In this document: in pieces, positions 1 through 12,000 of the stretch
How positions within the stretch are numbered: position 1 is the first letter of the stretch
Layout: every line of letters begins with the position of its first letter
NCBI GenBank assembly: GCA_964035545.1
Contig: OZ037765.1
Coordinates: 34,285,504-34,349,503 of the forward strand
Direction of reading: 5' to 3'
Length of the DNA stretch: 64,000 bases
DNA from: Bugula neritina
Taxonomy: Eukaryota > Animalia > Bryozoa
Made by a program: the position numbers and the translations under genes
The notes under the pieces: model-generated
The model's database searches: none
What the model saw: only the letters and a program-made list of their open reading frames with translations
Told to the model about the DNA's origin: nothing

Positions 1-328
1 ATACTATATCTACTCTGTACACTATACTATATCTACTCTATACACTATACTATATCTACTCTATACATTATACTATATCTACTCTATACACTATACTATA
101 TCTACTCTATACACTATACTATATCTACTCTATACACTATACTATATCTACTCTATACACTGTACTATATCTACTCTATACATTATACTATATCTACTCT
201 ATACATTATACTATATCTATACTCTATACACGATACTATATCTACTCTATATACTATACTACATCTACTCTATACACTATACTATATCTATACTCTATAC
301 ACGATACTGTATTAACTCTATACTATAT
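1..328. repeat. 23-bp satellite (TATACTATATCTACTCTATACAC)n
   Basis: Seen directly; marks the unit junction. Confidence 0.95.
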
Positions 329-329
329 A

Positions 330-646
330 TCGAGGGCTACTGAAAGGGAATATTTCATGGCGAGGGCCACATTGTAAAATTTAACTTGGGCTGGAGGCCA
401 CAGCATCTGTAATTTAAAATAACTCTATTCCAAATGCCTGTGAATCATTACACAATGAAGTCCCAATAATTAGGTACTGCAAGCTGTATGTTTTTAGCAT
501 ATATGAAAATGGGGCATTTAAAAGGCGGTTGTCCACTCGAATTCATATACCTGTGCAAATAGTTTTATCTGTTATGCCTTTGAAGGCCACATAAATGTAG
601 GGGAGGGGGAGGGGAGGCACATCCATGCCACCTGTTGGACAGCTCT
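330..646. mobile_element. Possible hAT-type MITE remnant at the start of each unit (also ~24085-24406, ~46000-46321)
   Basis: GGGCCACA motifs and terminal GTTGGACAGC(T/C)CTG; the other end is lost in the satellite. Confidence 0.35.
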
Positions 647-3264
647 GCTTGAGGCAACGAGCAATAAATATTTTAAGAGTTGTATTCCTTTAAAGTGAAA
701 ATTTACTTTGCTTCGGATATGGTTTTCAACAAAAATTATAACATTTGTAATATATACAAAAATGTGTTTCCATAAAAAAAATTTATGAGTAAATTTGACT
801 ATAAAAACTGAATTTGTGAATAATTGTAGTACGCGAACGACAGAATAAAACCATTACATGTGCAGTTCCGGCGTACAAAGTCATGGCTACTACCAGTGAA
901 TCAACCGCAACTGCAATAAATGATACTTGGGCCATTGCTTCCTTTTCAAAGGCGAATGAATTTTTGGGATTCTCTTCATTTGACACTAGCAATGTTATTT
1001 TGACAAATAGGCAGTCTATGTCAATATATAAGGTAACATATTTCATTTTCTGTAATGCTAATTTGAGGAATTTTTATAAACATAATCATAATAAAATTAA
1101 TATTGTTGTACTAGTCAAGTAGTAGTACAGTACTACTAGACACTAGTATAAGTATAATTACAACCAGTAGTACTTATAGTAGTATTAGTACTACTACTAG
1201 TACTAGTAGTACTAATAGTACTACTACTAGTACTAGTACTAAACGCTTAAACAGTAACCAGTACCCGGTCCAGATGCAGCAGACGTTGTACTCAAGTTCA
1301 AGTTGTAGTAGTACTACTACTAGTACTATGGTAGACTGGTAGGACCTGTACTTTGACTTGCAGTAAAATTCATACTTATTACGTAGTTACACTTTGACTT
1401 TCAGTTTTTTGCTTTCAGTTTTAGTGTTCGTAGTACAACTTCTATTAAATTTTGTTTATTTCTAACAGTAGCTGACTAACTCTAGTAACTTAAACTGGTG
1501 TGAGTATATCTAAACTAAGATTGGTAAAAACACAACTTTAGTTAGTTACTGTAACACTAACTATTAGTTGGAGTCTACTTCATGACTTGTATTTGTACGA
1601 ATAGTGATAATCACAGTATGAATAACTCAATAACTATAAGCGAAGATAAGTTAAAGTGTTTTAGTAAAATTAAATAACAACTTACTCTTACTGACTAAAC
1701 ACTCGGTCAAAGTCATTCACGGTCGCTAAAAAGTGAATAGTGGTATAATAGTAAAGTCAATTCAACGTAGGGCTAATGCAGCTCTGAGTGACGCCGAGTC
1801 AAACAGTTATTAATTATTATGATAATCGATGTAAACAGCAGAAATTTTTTCAACTTGATTTTAAATTGACTAATTCGTAATAACTATAAGTCTTGGATTA
1901 AATCAGTTGATACTCGCGTTTTAATTAAGCCTCTCGGTGAATGGCACTGAGTCCTAACAAATATTTAAAGTGAATTTCAGTGATTACTATTGAGTATTGA
2001 AATGTGATGACACACATTTACTAACTTAGCTTTTAGTTACTTTAAAATTTATTTTATTCATACTCAGTTGTTGAGTAATTAGCATAAATCAACCAGTGTA
2101 GTTCAATTTAAAATCATACTCAATCACAATAGGCTTTATTTTTTTGCTAAACTAATTCTAAATGACCATAAAATTTATGCTATGATGAGTTGTTTGTATC
2201 GCTTTTAAAATGATCTTATAATTTTGTTATTGAGTTGAGGAAATAAATTTAGTTATTTCAGAGTTTCACCGGCCTGGATGAGTATTCTCTGCAGTACAGC
2301 CTCTTTCTCATATAAATCACTGTGGAATAAATTATTACTGAAAGTAATAATAACTTGACATGTGTTTATATGCTTCGTTCATGAGCGTATTTTTCTGTTT
2401 AGAATATTAATAAATACTAGAGTTTGAGTTGTGATGAACTTAGGTGAGTGATCAGCAGACAGTCTCAAGTTGTACTCTCAAATCAGAGAGCAGTTTCTGT
2501 CTGCCTGTGGTTTATGATCACGGAAGAAGAACATTATGTTGGTTTGGTTGAGAATATTGGGAAGAAGAGACTTTGTGTCTGGACAAATGAACTTTCTAAC
2601 TACAAGGACTGGAAGAAGAAACTGGTAAATCTCTCACTTTGAGTATTTCACGTGTTTTGTGATTTATAAGATAACATGTTTACAATAACACAATTTGTTG
2701 GTCATTTGGTGGAGTATATTTATAGCATTGGAAATGTTGGAGTGGTGAGAATAGAATATAGAGAATGATAACCTAATGATGATTGGTTTATAATACAAGT
2801 GTAACTGTTGTAGTTATCAACTGAGGTGACTGAACTGGTAGAAGTAGAGAAGACAGAACCACTGGTGGTCACATCTAATAACTGTGTGTGCTGGTTGTCT
2901 CATGTGGAGGACACTTCACTGTCTGTCCATCTGCTGCCTCCAGATCTGAGAGATGCTGACGTGGAGATTAGTCAGTTTAAAAGTTACAGTTGGAGTAATA
3001 GAACTGAGATTGTCTACATTGTGACTGTTGATGTGAGTATCACAATGTGTCAGTGTGGTGTCACAATGTGTCAGTATGATGTCACAGTAGTCAGTATGGT
3101 GTCACGATGTGTCAGTTAGTATAATGTCACATGTGTCAGTTAGTATAATGTCACATGTGTCAGTATGGTGTCACATTAGTCAGTAAAGTTACAATGTGTC
3201 AGTGGAGTGTCACTGTGTATCAGTATGATGTCACAATAGTCAGTAAAGTGTCACAATGTATCAG

Positions 3265-3420
3265 TATGGTGTCACAGTAGAGTGTCACAGTAGAGTGTCA
3301 CAGTAGAGTGTCACAGTAGAGTGTCACAGCAGAGTGTCACAGTAGAGTGTCACAGTAGAGTGTCACAGTAGAGTGTCACAATAGAGTGTCACAGTAGAGT
3401 GTCACAGTAGAGTGTCACAG
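3265..3420. repeat. 13-bp minisatellite (GTGTCACAGTAGA)n; also ~26965-27175 and ~48868-49195
   Basis: Seen directly; intronic. Confidence 0.9.
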
Positions 3421-4243
3421 TTGTTGACATGCATCATCATCATTGCTGTTGAAATATCTACAGTTTCTGTTGTTATTTCGGAGACGGCACCTTGTATAAA
3501 AGTTACAGTTCAACAACAAGTAGGTGTTTGGTAAGTCTACGCAAGTGTTTCTCAACTACACAGATGTGACATCAGTGTGTAGAGTTGTCCCTCATGCTGA
3601 GTCTAATTACATTGCTACTAGTGAGTTTGATATTATTGAATATATACTGTGTCTCTGTATGACGTCACCTTTACAATAACCAGTTTATCTGAAATACTCT
3701 ATACAGGTGGTAAGGGTGAGATACTATACTCTACCGGTACATCTGAAGAAGTTATTTCCTCTCTCAACTCAGAGTTTTCTACTCAGTGTGTCTCTCTTCA
3801 CCTACTAGACTCTGACCAGCTTCTCATTGCAACATCTCACAGCTCTACGAATACAGGCTAGTATAGTTTACCTTTTCTGAAGATGATTGTTCTAGTAGAG
3901 TAGTTTTACTGTAACTGTATGCCTCCTTTACTTGAATATGAGTAGATGTAAGCCAATCAGTGTAACTGTACTCATAGCACCTGTTTAGACGTGTCACAGT
4001 TGAAGTATGGTGACATATGCTGGTCTTGTAGGTGTCTTACTTATATTCAGTATCAAGTTCAGAACTACGAGGGTTCTAAAGAATCTAGACAGTGAGCTCT
4101 ACGGTGATAAACCTGTGACTCTTCTGCCTCCATACATACTGACTCACACGGAGAGCTCATTGCAGGCTCACTCGTATAAGTATAGCAAGTTGACACTAAG
4201 GAGCATGATGGGCAGTTCGAGACTGTCTGCTGATTCTGAGTTG

Positions 4244-4680
4244 GTGAGTCACCAGGTTATTCAGTGAGTTACCAGGTTATTATTCAGTGAGTTACCAGGT
4301 TATTCAGTGAGTTACCAGGTTATTCAGTGAGTTACCAGGTTATTCAGTGAGTTACCAGGTTGTTCAGTGAGTCACCAGGTTATTATTCAGTGAGTTACCA
4401 GGTTATTCAGTGAGTTACCAGGTTATTATTCAGTGAGTCACCAGGTTATTCAGTGAGTTACCAGGTTATTCAGTGAGTTACCAGGTTATTATTCAGTGAG
4501 TTACCAGGTTATTATTCAGTGAGTCACCAGGATATTCAGTGAGTTACCAGGTTATTCAGTGAGTTACCAGGTTATTCAGTGAGTGACCAGGTTATTCACT
4601 GAGTTACCAGGTTATTCAGTGAGTTACCAGGTTATTCAGTGAGTTACCAGGTTATTCAGTTAGTCACCAGGTTATTCAGT
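4244..4680. repeat. 20-bp minisatellite (GTGAGTTACCAGGTTATTCA)n, unit A
   Basis: Seen directly. Confidence 0.95.
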
Positions 4681-5239
4681 CATTGCATTGCTGTGATTTT
4701 AGTTTGAGGTTTAAGAATTGCTTCTCTTTTCAAACTTCTTCAACGCCCAAGAGTGCATATCAACCTAATTTGTGTTTTATAAGATTATCCTCCTGTCTGA
4801 TTTTACCATGGATGCCGATTCCAAAGGAGATGCTGGAGTTGACCTTCACTTCCCACTGGACCAGCTCTGAAGGTGTGTCTATATGTTTTCAGTAGAGTCT
4901 AGTTTGGCTGAAGCAGAATCTCACCAAGTCCTCTGCACTATATAACCAGTTTATCCTCTGATGAGTTTCTAGGCTATTCTCAGAATCTAGTCATTTATAT
5001 TCTACTTCAAGAGCATCGAATAGATGGCAGCAGGTAGTGATGAAGTGAGTTAAACTCAGAACTCTTTCAGAAAAGGTATGAATTCACTCTAACAGGTGGA
5101 GTTATTCCCCCCATGTCTCAATATGTATTACATGTGTCCACTTTCTCATTTCTCTATATATATTCTACACAGTTCTCCTCGGTTTCTTAATCCCAGCTGC
5201 TGAAACTCTTTTCTGCAGGCTGGTTGGGAGTTGGCAGTG

Positions 5240-5530
5240 TGGTGTTGCTATGTGATAGTATGTTGCTAGGTGATGCTGTGTTGCTAGGTGATGATGGGTT
5301 GTTAGGTGATAGTTTGTTGCTAGGTGATAGTGTGTTGCTAGGTGGTAGTGTGTTCCTAGGTGATGATATGTTGCTAGGTGATTGTGTGTTGCTAAGTGAT
5401 GGCTTGTGCTAGGTGACAGTGTGTTGCTAGGTGATGATGTGTTGCTAGGTGATAGTGTGTTGTTAGGTGATGCTGTGTTGCTAGGTTACAGTGTGTTTCT
5501 AGATGACAGGGTGTTGCTAGGTGATGCAGT
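5240..5530. repeat. 18-bp minisatellite (GTGTTGCTAGGTGATNNT)n; also ~29550-30003 and ~51640-51853
   Basis: Seen directly. Confidence 0.9.
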
Positions 5531-7073
5531 GTAGTAACTAACTGTACTATTGGAGGAGAGACACCTTGGAGTATTTATATGTATGACTCACTGTTACAAG
5601 TTCATAGGACTTGCTTGATATCATGTGCAAGTCCTTTGAAGTTGACTTCTGAGTTGACAGAGCAGTAAACCACCAACTCAGTCACATGACTACAATCCAC
5701 TCAGTAGTAATCTGTACTAGAATATATTCTATCATTACATCTCAATACTCACATCTACTGTTTAGTACACCAACACTAACAACAGGCATTACATGTATTT
5801 AGTTATTTGTATTGTGTAATTAGTGAGTGACAGTGACATTGCAACTATCCAACAGTTTAGTACACTTGAACTTGAAAGTTGTTGTTTTGTCATTATCTAA
5901 GTTTTCTTTGCTGTAAGTTAAACATAGAGATTTGTTAGAATTCAAAATTTTATTAAAATACTTCAAGATAACTTGACCTTGTCCCCATTCTAATACTTAT
6001 AAACTGAAGTAATATTTATGCTGTATTATATGAATAGATACATTTAATCTATTTGATTACCTCCTATTACACATCTATACTACTTTACTCACACCCTTCT
6101 CTACTCACAGGATTATAAACAATGAAGAGTTGCTAACCACAGCCATTATTATTTATTTGTTACAATTTCAAGGTCAACCAGAGAGTAAAGCAGTGCAATG
6201 AATAAACTGCATCTAAGTTCAAAGCTGGAAATGACAGTTTTATATCTCATATATTTTCTTTTATTATTCTATAGGGATAATTATCTTACTAATCATTGAT
6301 TTGAATTTATTCTAATTGACAAAAATCACTCCTACTTGAAATAAATTATATACGAAATATTGAAAGATGCTCACTAAACTAGATTGAATAGTGTTGGGGT
6401 GTCAACATGCAAGAATACTGCTTCCTGTTTGGGTATCAGTGAGCTTCATATATACTGCAAATTGTGAAAGAAGCAGAGGCTGTTACTCTACTATAAAGAG
6501 ACTGCTCTTCACAGTGATATGTCAATTACATAACTTTTAGTCTTTAAGAAATGCTCCCTCTGTATCTTATGGTTCAAAAGAAGAGTTTGGACTCCGTATT
6601 GTGGCTGATTATATTCCATGTGTGTATAGGATCAAACTGGCTAAATTTACTATCAGTGAGTTAATTCTGGAATATTACTACTTCATGAGTCTAGACTTCA
6701 GGACCTCAGCTTATATTTTAACCCCTAGATACTAATAATTACTTGCTTATTGGAACCAGTAATATGTTGGCTTACTTATAAAGGTGAGCATTAAATAGAT
6801 ACATGGAAAGACAGAGATTGGTGTGTCCCACAAGGCTAGTTTTGCATGTTGGCATCTCATTACAGATAATACTATTAGTACTTTGCTTTTATTAGTCTAT
6901 TATCATCATTTTAAAATATACATTGATTTCACACAAACTTTCATTGGAGAAATTAGCATTTAAGTCACCAAAAATAGTCCTTCAAAAAACTATAATAGAC
7001 GAGAGGTTAGTTTGTAGGCAACACAGGTAATGTAGAGGAATTCATGATAATATGTCTTCATAAAGATGCAAAG

Positions 7074-7225
7074 GTATTAGGACTAGTAGCTGGACCAGTA
7101 TTAGGACTAGTACCAGGGCCAGTATTAGGACTAGTAGCTGGACCAGTATTAGGACTAGTAGCTGGACCAGTAGCTGGACCAGTATTAAGACTAGTACCAG
7201 GGCCAGTACCAAGGGGACTAATAAG
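7074..7225. repeat. 24-bp minisatellite (GGACTAGTAGCTGGACCAGTATTA)n; also ~56704-56895
   Basis: Seen directly. Confidence 0.9.
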
Positions 7226-8452
7226 GCTACTACTCAGTTCCAACACAGCATTTTCCACTGTATATGCAGACAAATTCTACATGATTTAAACCATCACAGT
7301 TGTTGGCCTAGACATAAATATATTTTTAACCGGAATAATAATAATAATGGAGAAAGGTTGTGTTCTAGATAAGAAAACATGTTACTGTTACAATATAAGG
7401 TTCTACTAACTCGACAGTCTATAATAAAGTGCCACTCCAATAGCCAATATCCAAGCCATACAAGCTGGTAGGAAATCTGGACGCCTGTAAGGCAGTTAGC
7501 CAATCACCTCAGGTTAGCTTGTAGCTTATCTACTAAAGACTATAAACTACATTATATTCCATGCCCTCCTTTTTATAGAGATGAACTACAGTATATGCCA
7601 GCCGTAATAATTCCAGTGGTTTATAGCTTTATTACTGTAGAACCAAGACTAGAAGAACATAAACATATCATCTGCCTGCAGGTTTGACCAGCTTGAAAAA
7701 CCCAGCTATTACCAAAAGCTTCAAATAAAGCTAAAGCAGAAATATGCTTTCTAAAGTTTCCTCATTAAAAAAGTTTCTGGAGGGAATCTTTGGAGTTGTA
7801 AAGTCATAAACAGAGTACCTTTAGTGACAGATTCCATGAATCCATTTAATTAATTGCTTTGACTTATATATTTGTATTATCTCTTAACATAATCTTATGA
7901 AATGTTTTACATATTATAATAACAGTAAGTATATACTATATAATAACAATAAGTATATACTATATAGTAATACAAAGTACATACTATATAATAATAGTAA
8001 GTATATACTATATAATAATAATAAACTCTCTCCATAGGTCATGATTCATTCTCACAAGATTCCATATAGATCATGAAAAGGGCAAGGACCCTGTGTTTTG
8101 TCTTTTTTCTTATGTGTACTTGTTTATGCATGTGTGTTTAGGGACAAAAACAGTAAATTCAAATATCAGGAATTATATTACAAACAAGTTGAGCATAACT
8201 TGTGTATCACAGCTACGCGTATTCGCCTATTCTTATAGCCATCACCATATCAGCTAACGAAGCTTTTCATTATACCAGCATGTTCACATATCTTCACATT
8301 TCTCACTGGTTATAGGCAGTATAGCTGATTTGTCAACTGCAAAGGTACTATATAAACTAGAACTAATACCAAAGAGTATACATAGCTTGAGTGAATATCA
8401 TTATTCTAAATGTGTCTAACGTCAATACCAAAGAGCATAATTTCAACAACCT

Positions 8453-8640
8453 ATCACGTGATCATATAAACACTATTACTTGCAGCGCAGCACTAACTAG
8501 CACACACTAAGAGGGAAGTCACTTATCCCTTCCTAGTCATAGTGAGAAGATAATCAAGTTAGTTTATGGAGGATATTATGTAACATGTGCAGATGGTGAA
8601 GAGTATCTCAACTCACCTGCTGACTTCATTTTAATTCACT
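8453..8640 (+). promoter_or_regulatory. Putative core promoter and 5'UTR exon of copy 1
   Basis: Palindromic E-box ATCACGTGAT (8453-8462), then TATAAA (8465-8470), then a segment ending in a strong donor gtaagt at 8641; conserved at 58114 and 60883. Confidence 0.5.
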
Positions 8641-9027
8641 GTAAGTACAATTTATTTATTATATAAATGTAAGTGACTTGACAGTTAGTCCACTTTAGTG
8701 CTGTGTGGGCCCATAATAAGTAAATTTAGGTTGAATATGGACACATCTACAGAGTTGATTAACCTGAAAATGAAGAGAATTTAACATTTATTTGATGTTA
8801 TAAAATTTCTCAGTACATCATGTTACAGGTGTTACTTGATTTTACATCCTTTCTAGAGTATATTATATGATATAACTATATGGCTGGTATACATAGTACC
8901 AGTATAGATATGTTACAGAAATGTCAAAAGCTAGATTTAGTTTCTAGTATTCTACCATGTATATAGTTGTTACAGATGAAAATGAAGACTATTGAATACA
9001 ACTAGAGCTGTAACCTGTGACTACAGG

Positions 9028-9064
9028 ATGGGTCAACGTAAATCTGTTCCTAGAGACGAATCAA
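9028..9064 (+). CDS. Copy 1 first coding exon MGQRKSVPRDES (N-myristoylation consensus)
   Basis: ATG GGT CAA CGT AAA TCT...TCA A|gttagt; phase 1 joins the 9948 exon in frame; same sequence in copy 2. Confidence 0.7.
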
Positions 9065-12000
9065 GTTAGTAAATCATATAAATATAAATACTACCAGTTA
9101 TAGCTGCAGAATTTTTACATTATACGTTTTTATGAGTTATATGACATTCAGTTGCAGCACTAGAGAAATTGAAGTAGCATTAGTTCTATAATTCTCTTAA
9201 AAAAATTTGCATTGGGGTGTGGTTAAAAATCTCACGAGAACATAACTCTATTTGTTACATTTCTGATCTAGAAACACCAGCTTTGTTCAACTTTTTATTA
9301 CTTTGCTCCTAACTTTTTGTTGACCACAACTGGGTGCATTATTGTATAATGTTATTATACTGAAGCTTATATTATAATAATATATTAAAGTATGATATAT
9401 TATTATTATACTGACTTATATTATAATATATCAAAGTATAATATATTGTTATACTGACATATATTATATTATATCACAAATAAAGTGTTATTATTATTTT
9501 ATATTATATTGTAACTAATATACTAACCTACATCATGTTACGTTACAATAATTGTAGTAACCTTAGTAAACTGTTATAACATGCACATTTTACTGACCTA
9601 TATTGCTTTATATTACATTATATTACACTAGAATACTATAACACATACTGTACAGAAGTATAAACAACATGGCTACCCTTTACCTGTCATCTGCTATAGT
9701 TGATGTCTGCATCAGTTACAGGGATGAGTCATACTCTTAGGTATAAACTGACAAAGTGGGCACAACTTGAATATACATTCAGATTTTATCACAGGATTTC
9801 AATTTAATTATCTGTAATTTTAAGTAGTTAAAATGTAAAATGTTTATTGTGTAACTATTGCCAGTTATGGTTCTATGCATTGATAGTGTTTACAAACATT
9901 CTATTATAATAAAAACTTTTATTTATAAAGTAGTGAATATCTTGTAGGGAAGTACAGTGTGTGGTTCAACACATCCAGTATAGATGGAGCTGATGATGAG
10001 TGGATGGAGAATGATATCACATCCTACACTATAGAAGAGATCAATGATATAAGTAGACATCATACAGTTATAACTCATGTTATACTGAAGCATGACATTC
10101 TTCCAAATATCAACAAACTGTTTCCTCATCTCACACATCTGAAGGTATCTGGAGTAGAGAGTGATGCTAACTGGACCAGGTATTATTTTATTACAATATG
10201 AAACTATATTAATAAGTGAGATATTATCTTGTAGTAGAATGTGGAGTAATCTCCCTTCACAATAACACTAGCTTTAGTAACAATTTTTGTATTATTTACC
10301 TTATTTATTGTATTTCTATTTATGCTTCAATTTAAAGTGAGTTGGTGTCATTCAAACATAGTCTAAACATATAATAGTATAATAGTATGTGATAATTATG
10401 TAGAATTGAATATACTGTTACACCTGTATATAATTATTATGTTACAGCATATCTTCACTGAAGAATCTTGAGGTATTGGATATGTCATTCAGTGACTTAT
10501 CTAAAGGTCTACCAAACAATATATGCAGATCCTTACCATCATTGAGAGAATTGTACATGGAGGTCTGTCAACTTCCAACTCTACCAAAAAGGTGTGTATT
10601 ATATTATACATTACGAATTTATCTGCACTATCTTTATTGAGTCAACTAGACTCTGTGTATATTATACGTCACAAGTCAATTATTGTATTCTATTCTATTA
10701 GATATGTATACTCAGATAGAAATGGTATAACAAATTCTCATTTATTACTCTAATAAATCTGGACAAGTAAATTATTTTGCAGTATAACTATATAACTATG
10801 TTGCATTAAATAGGTTATATTGAGAACAGGTGATAATACAGACCCTTTTCCAATGCCCCCCCCCCCCCCCCGGTACTCAATTTCAAGTTAGGAGTTGAGT
10901 CCTCTTCAACAGGGATTGAGTTAAACCATGTTTTAGAGAGAAAACTAATTACAACTTTAAAGTTTGACTGTTATTTAAAATCTCAACTATGCTATGGAAT
11001 TGTTCTTATAGGAGATAGATATTCTGGTATAGCACACATATTAGCAGTTCAAGAAATATTTTACAAACATTTCTTCATAATAAGTTTTGAAAAAAAGTAA
11101 ATTTGAAAGCCTTTTCGTGATTTTGGTTATTGAGCAATGCTGAAGAGCAGTTGAGGTATGAATTCCTTTATTTATTTGTTGTGCTGGCTGTCACCACTTT
11201 GTTTAGATCTGTTAACCTTTCAATTCCTTGGAAAAGGGTCTACTGATATAAAATAAGCTATACTCTTAAGTGAACTATTACACTGTTGAGTGAAATGTAG
11301 AGTGCTAATGATAATACCCAGGAGTTCAATAGACTTTGATGATTTTCTACCCGTGTGTTATATGTTACAGCATATCTTCACTGAAGAATCTTGAGGTATT
11401 GGATATATCACATAACTACCTATTTGAAGGTCTACCTGACAATATATTCACATCCTTACTGTCACTGAGAAAGTTGTACATGATGGACTGTAACCTGTCA
11501 ACTCTACCAAACAGGTGTGTATCATTTAATTGTACATATATAATAATATAGAGTAGGAGAAACTCTACTAACTATACAATATTAATTCATGACTTGGCTG
11601 TTAAAATATTATTATTGGAGTGGTTTGTGCAGTACATGTGTACTTGATATTCAGGTAAATGACAACTCTCAATACTCTGTTAGTAAAAGTAGATTTGATG
11701 TCATGTTTTTATGGGTTACATGCTGTGGTTATATTCTTACTAAAATATTATACAACATTTCATACCTGTATGTTATGTTACAGCATATCTTCACTGAAGA
11801 ATCTTGAGGTATTAAATATATCATATAATAACCTATCTGAAGGTTTACCTGACAATGTATTCACATCCTTACTATCATTGAGAGAGTTGAACATGGTGAG
11901 GTGTGAACTGCCAACTCTACCAAACAGGTGTGTATTATATTAGCCAATCCAAAGATCAGCACCATGAAAGTCAGTCATATGTTGCTGCCTTTTTCTATCA

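Larger units (their letters stand above)
883..5035 (+). pseudogene. NOL11: NOL11-like (nucleolar protein 11) pseudogene, unit A
   Basis: Spliced exons read SIYK|VSDQQ...LCVW...|LSTEV...TEPLVV, resembling the NOL11 N-terminus as I recall it (ILYKVSDQK...LRIW...LSAEV...TEPLVL). Extra G at ~2522 (frameshift vs units B/C), acceptor lost at ~3479, TAG at 3521. Confidence 0.65.

Noticed and set aside
4244-4680. CRISPR-like array
   Set aside because: No unique spacers, no cas genes, eukaryotic context; simple tandem repeat.
7044-7289. GLVAGPVL / TSPNTGPA repeat ORFs (also 56674-56963)
   Set aside because: 24-bp minisatellite open on both strands, absent from unit B, with no exon context.
10523-10753. 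ORF MQILTIIERIVHGG (also 37018-37221)
   Set aside because: Out-of-frame reading of LRR cassette 1.
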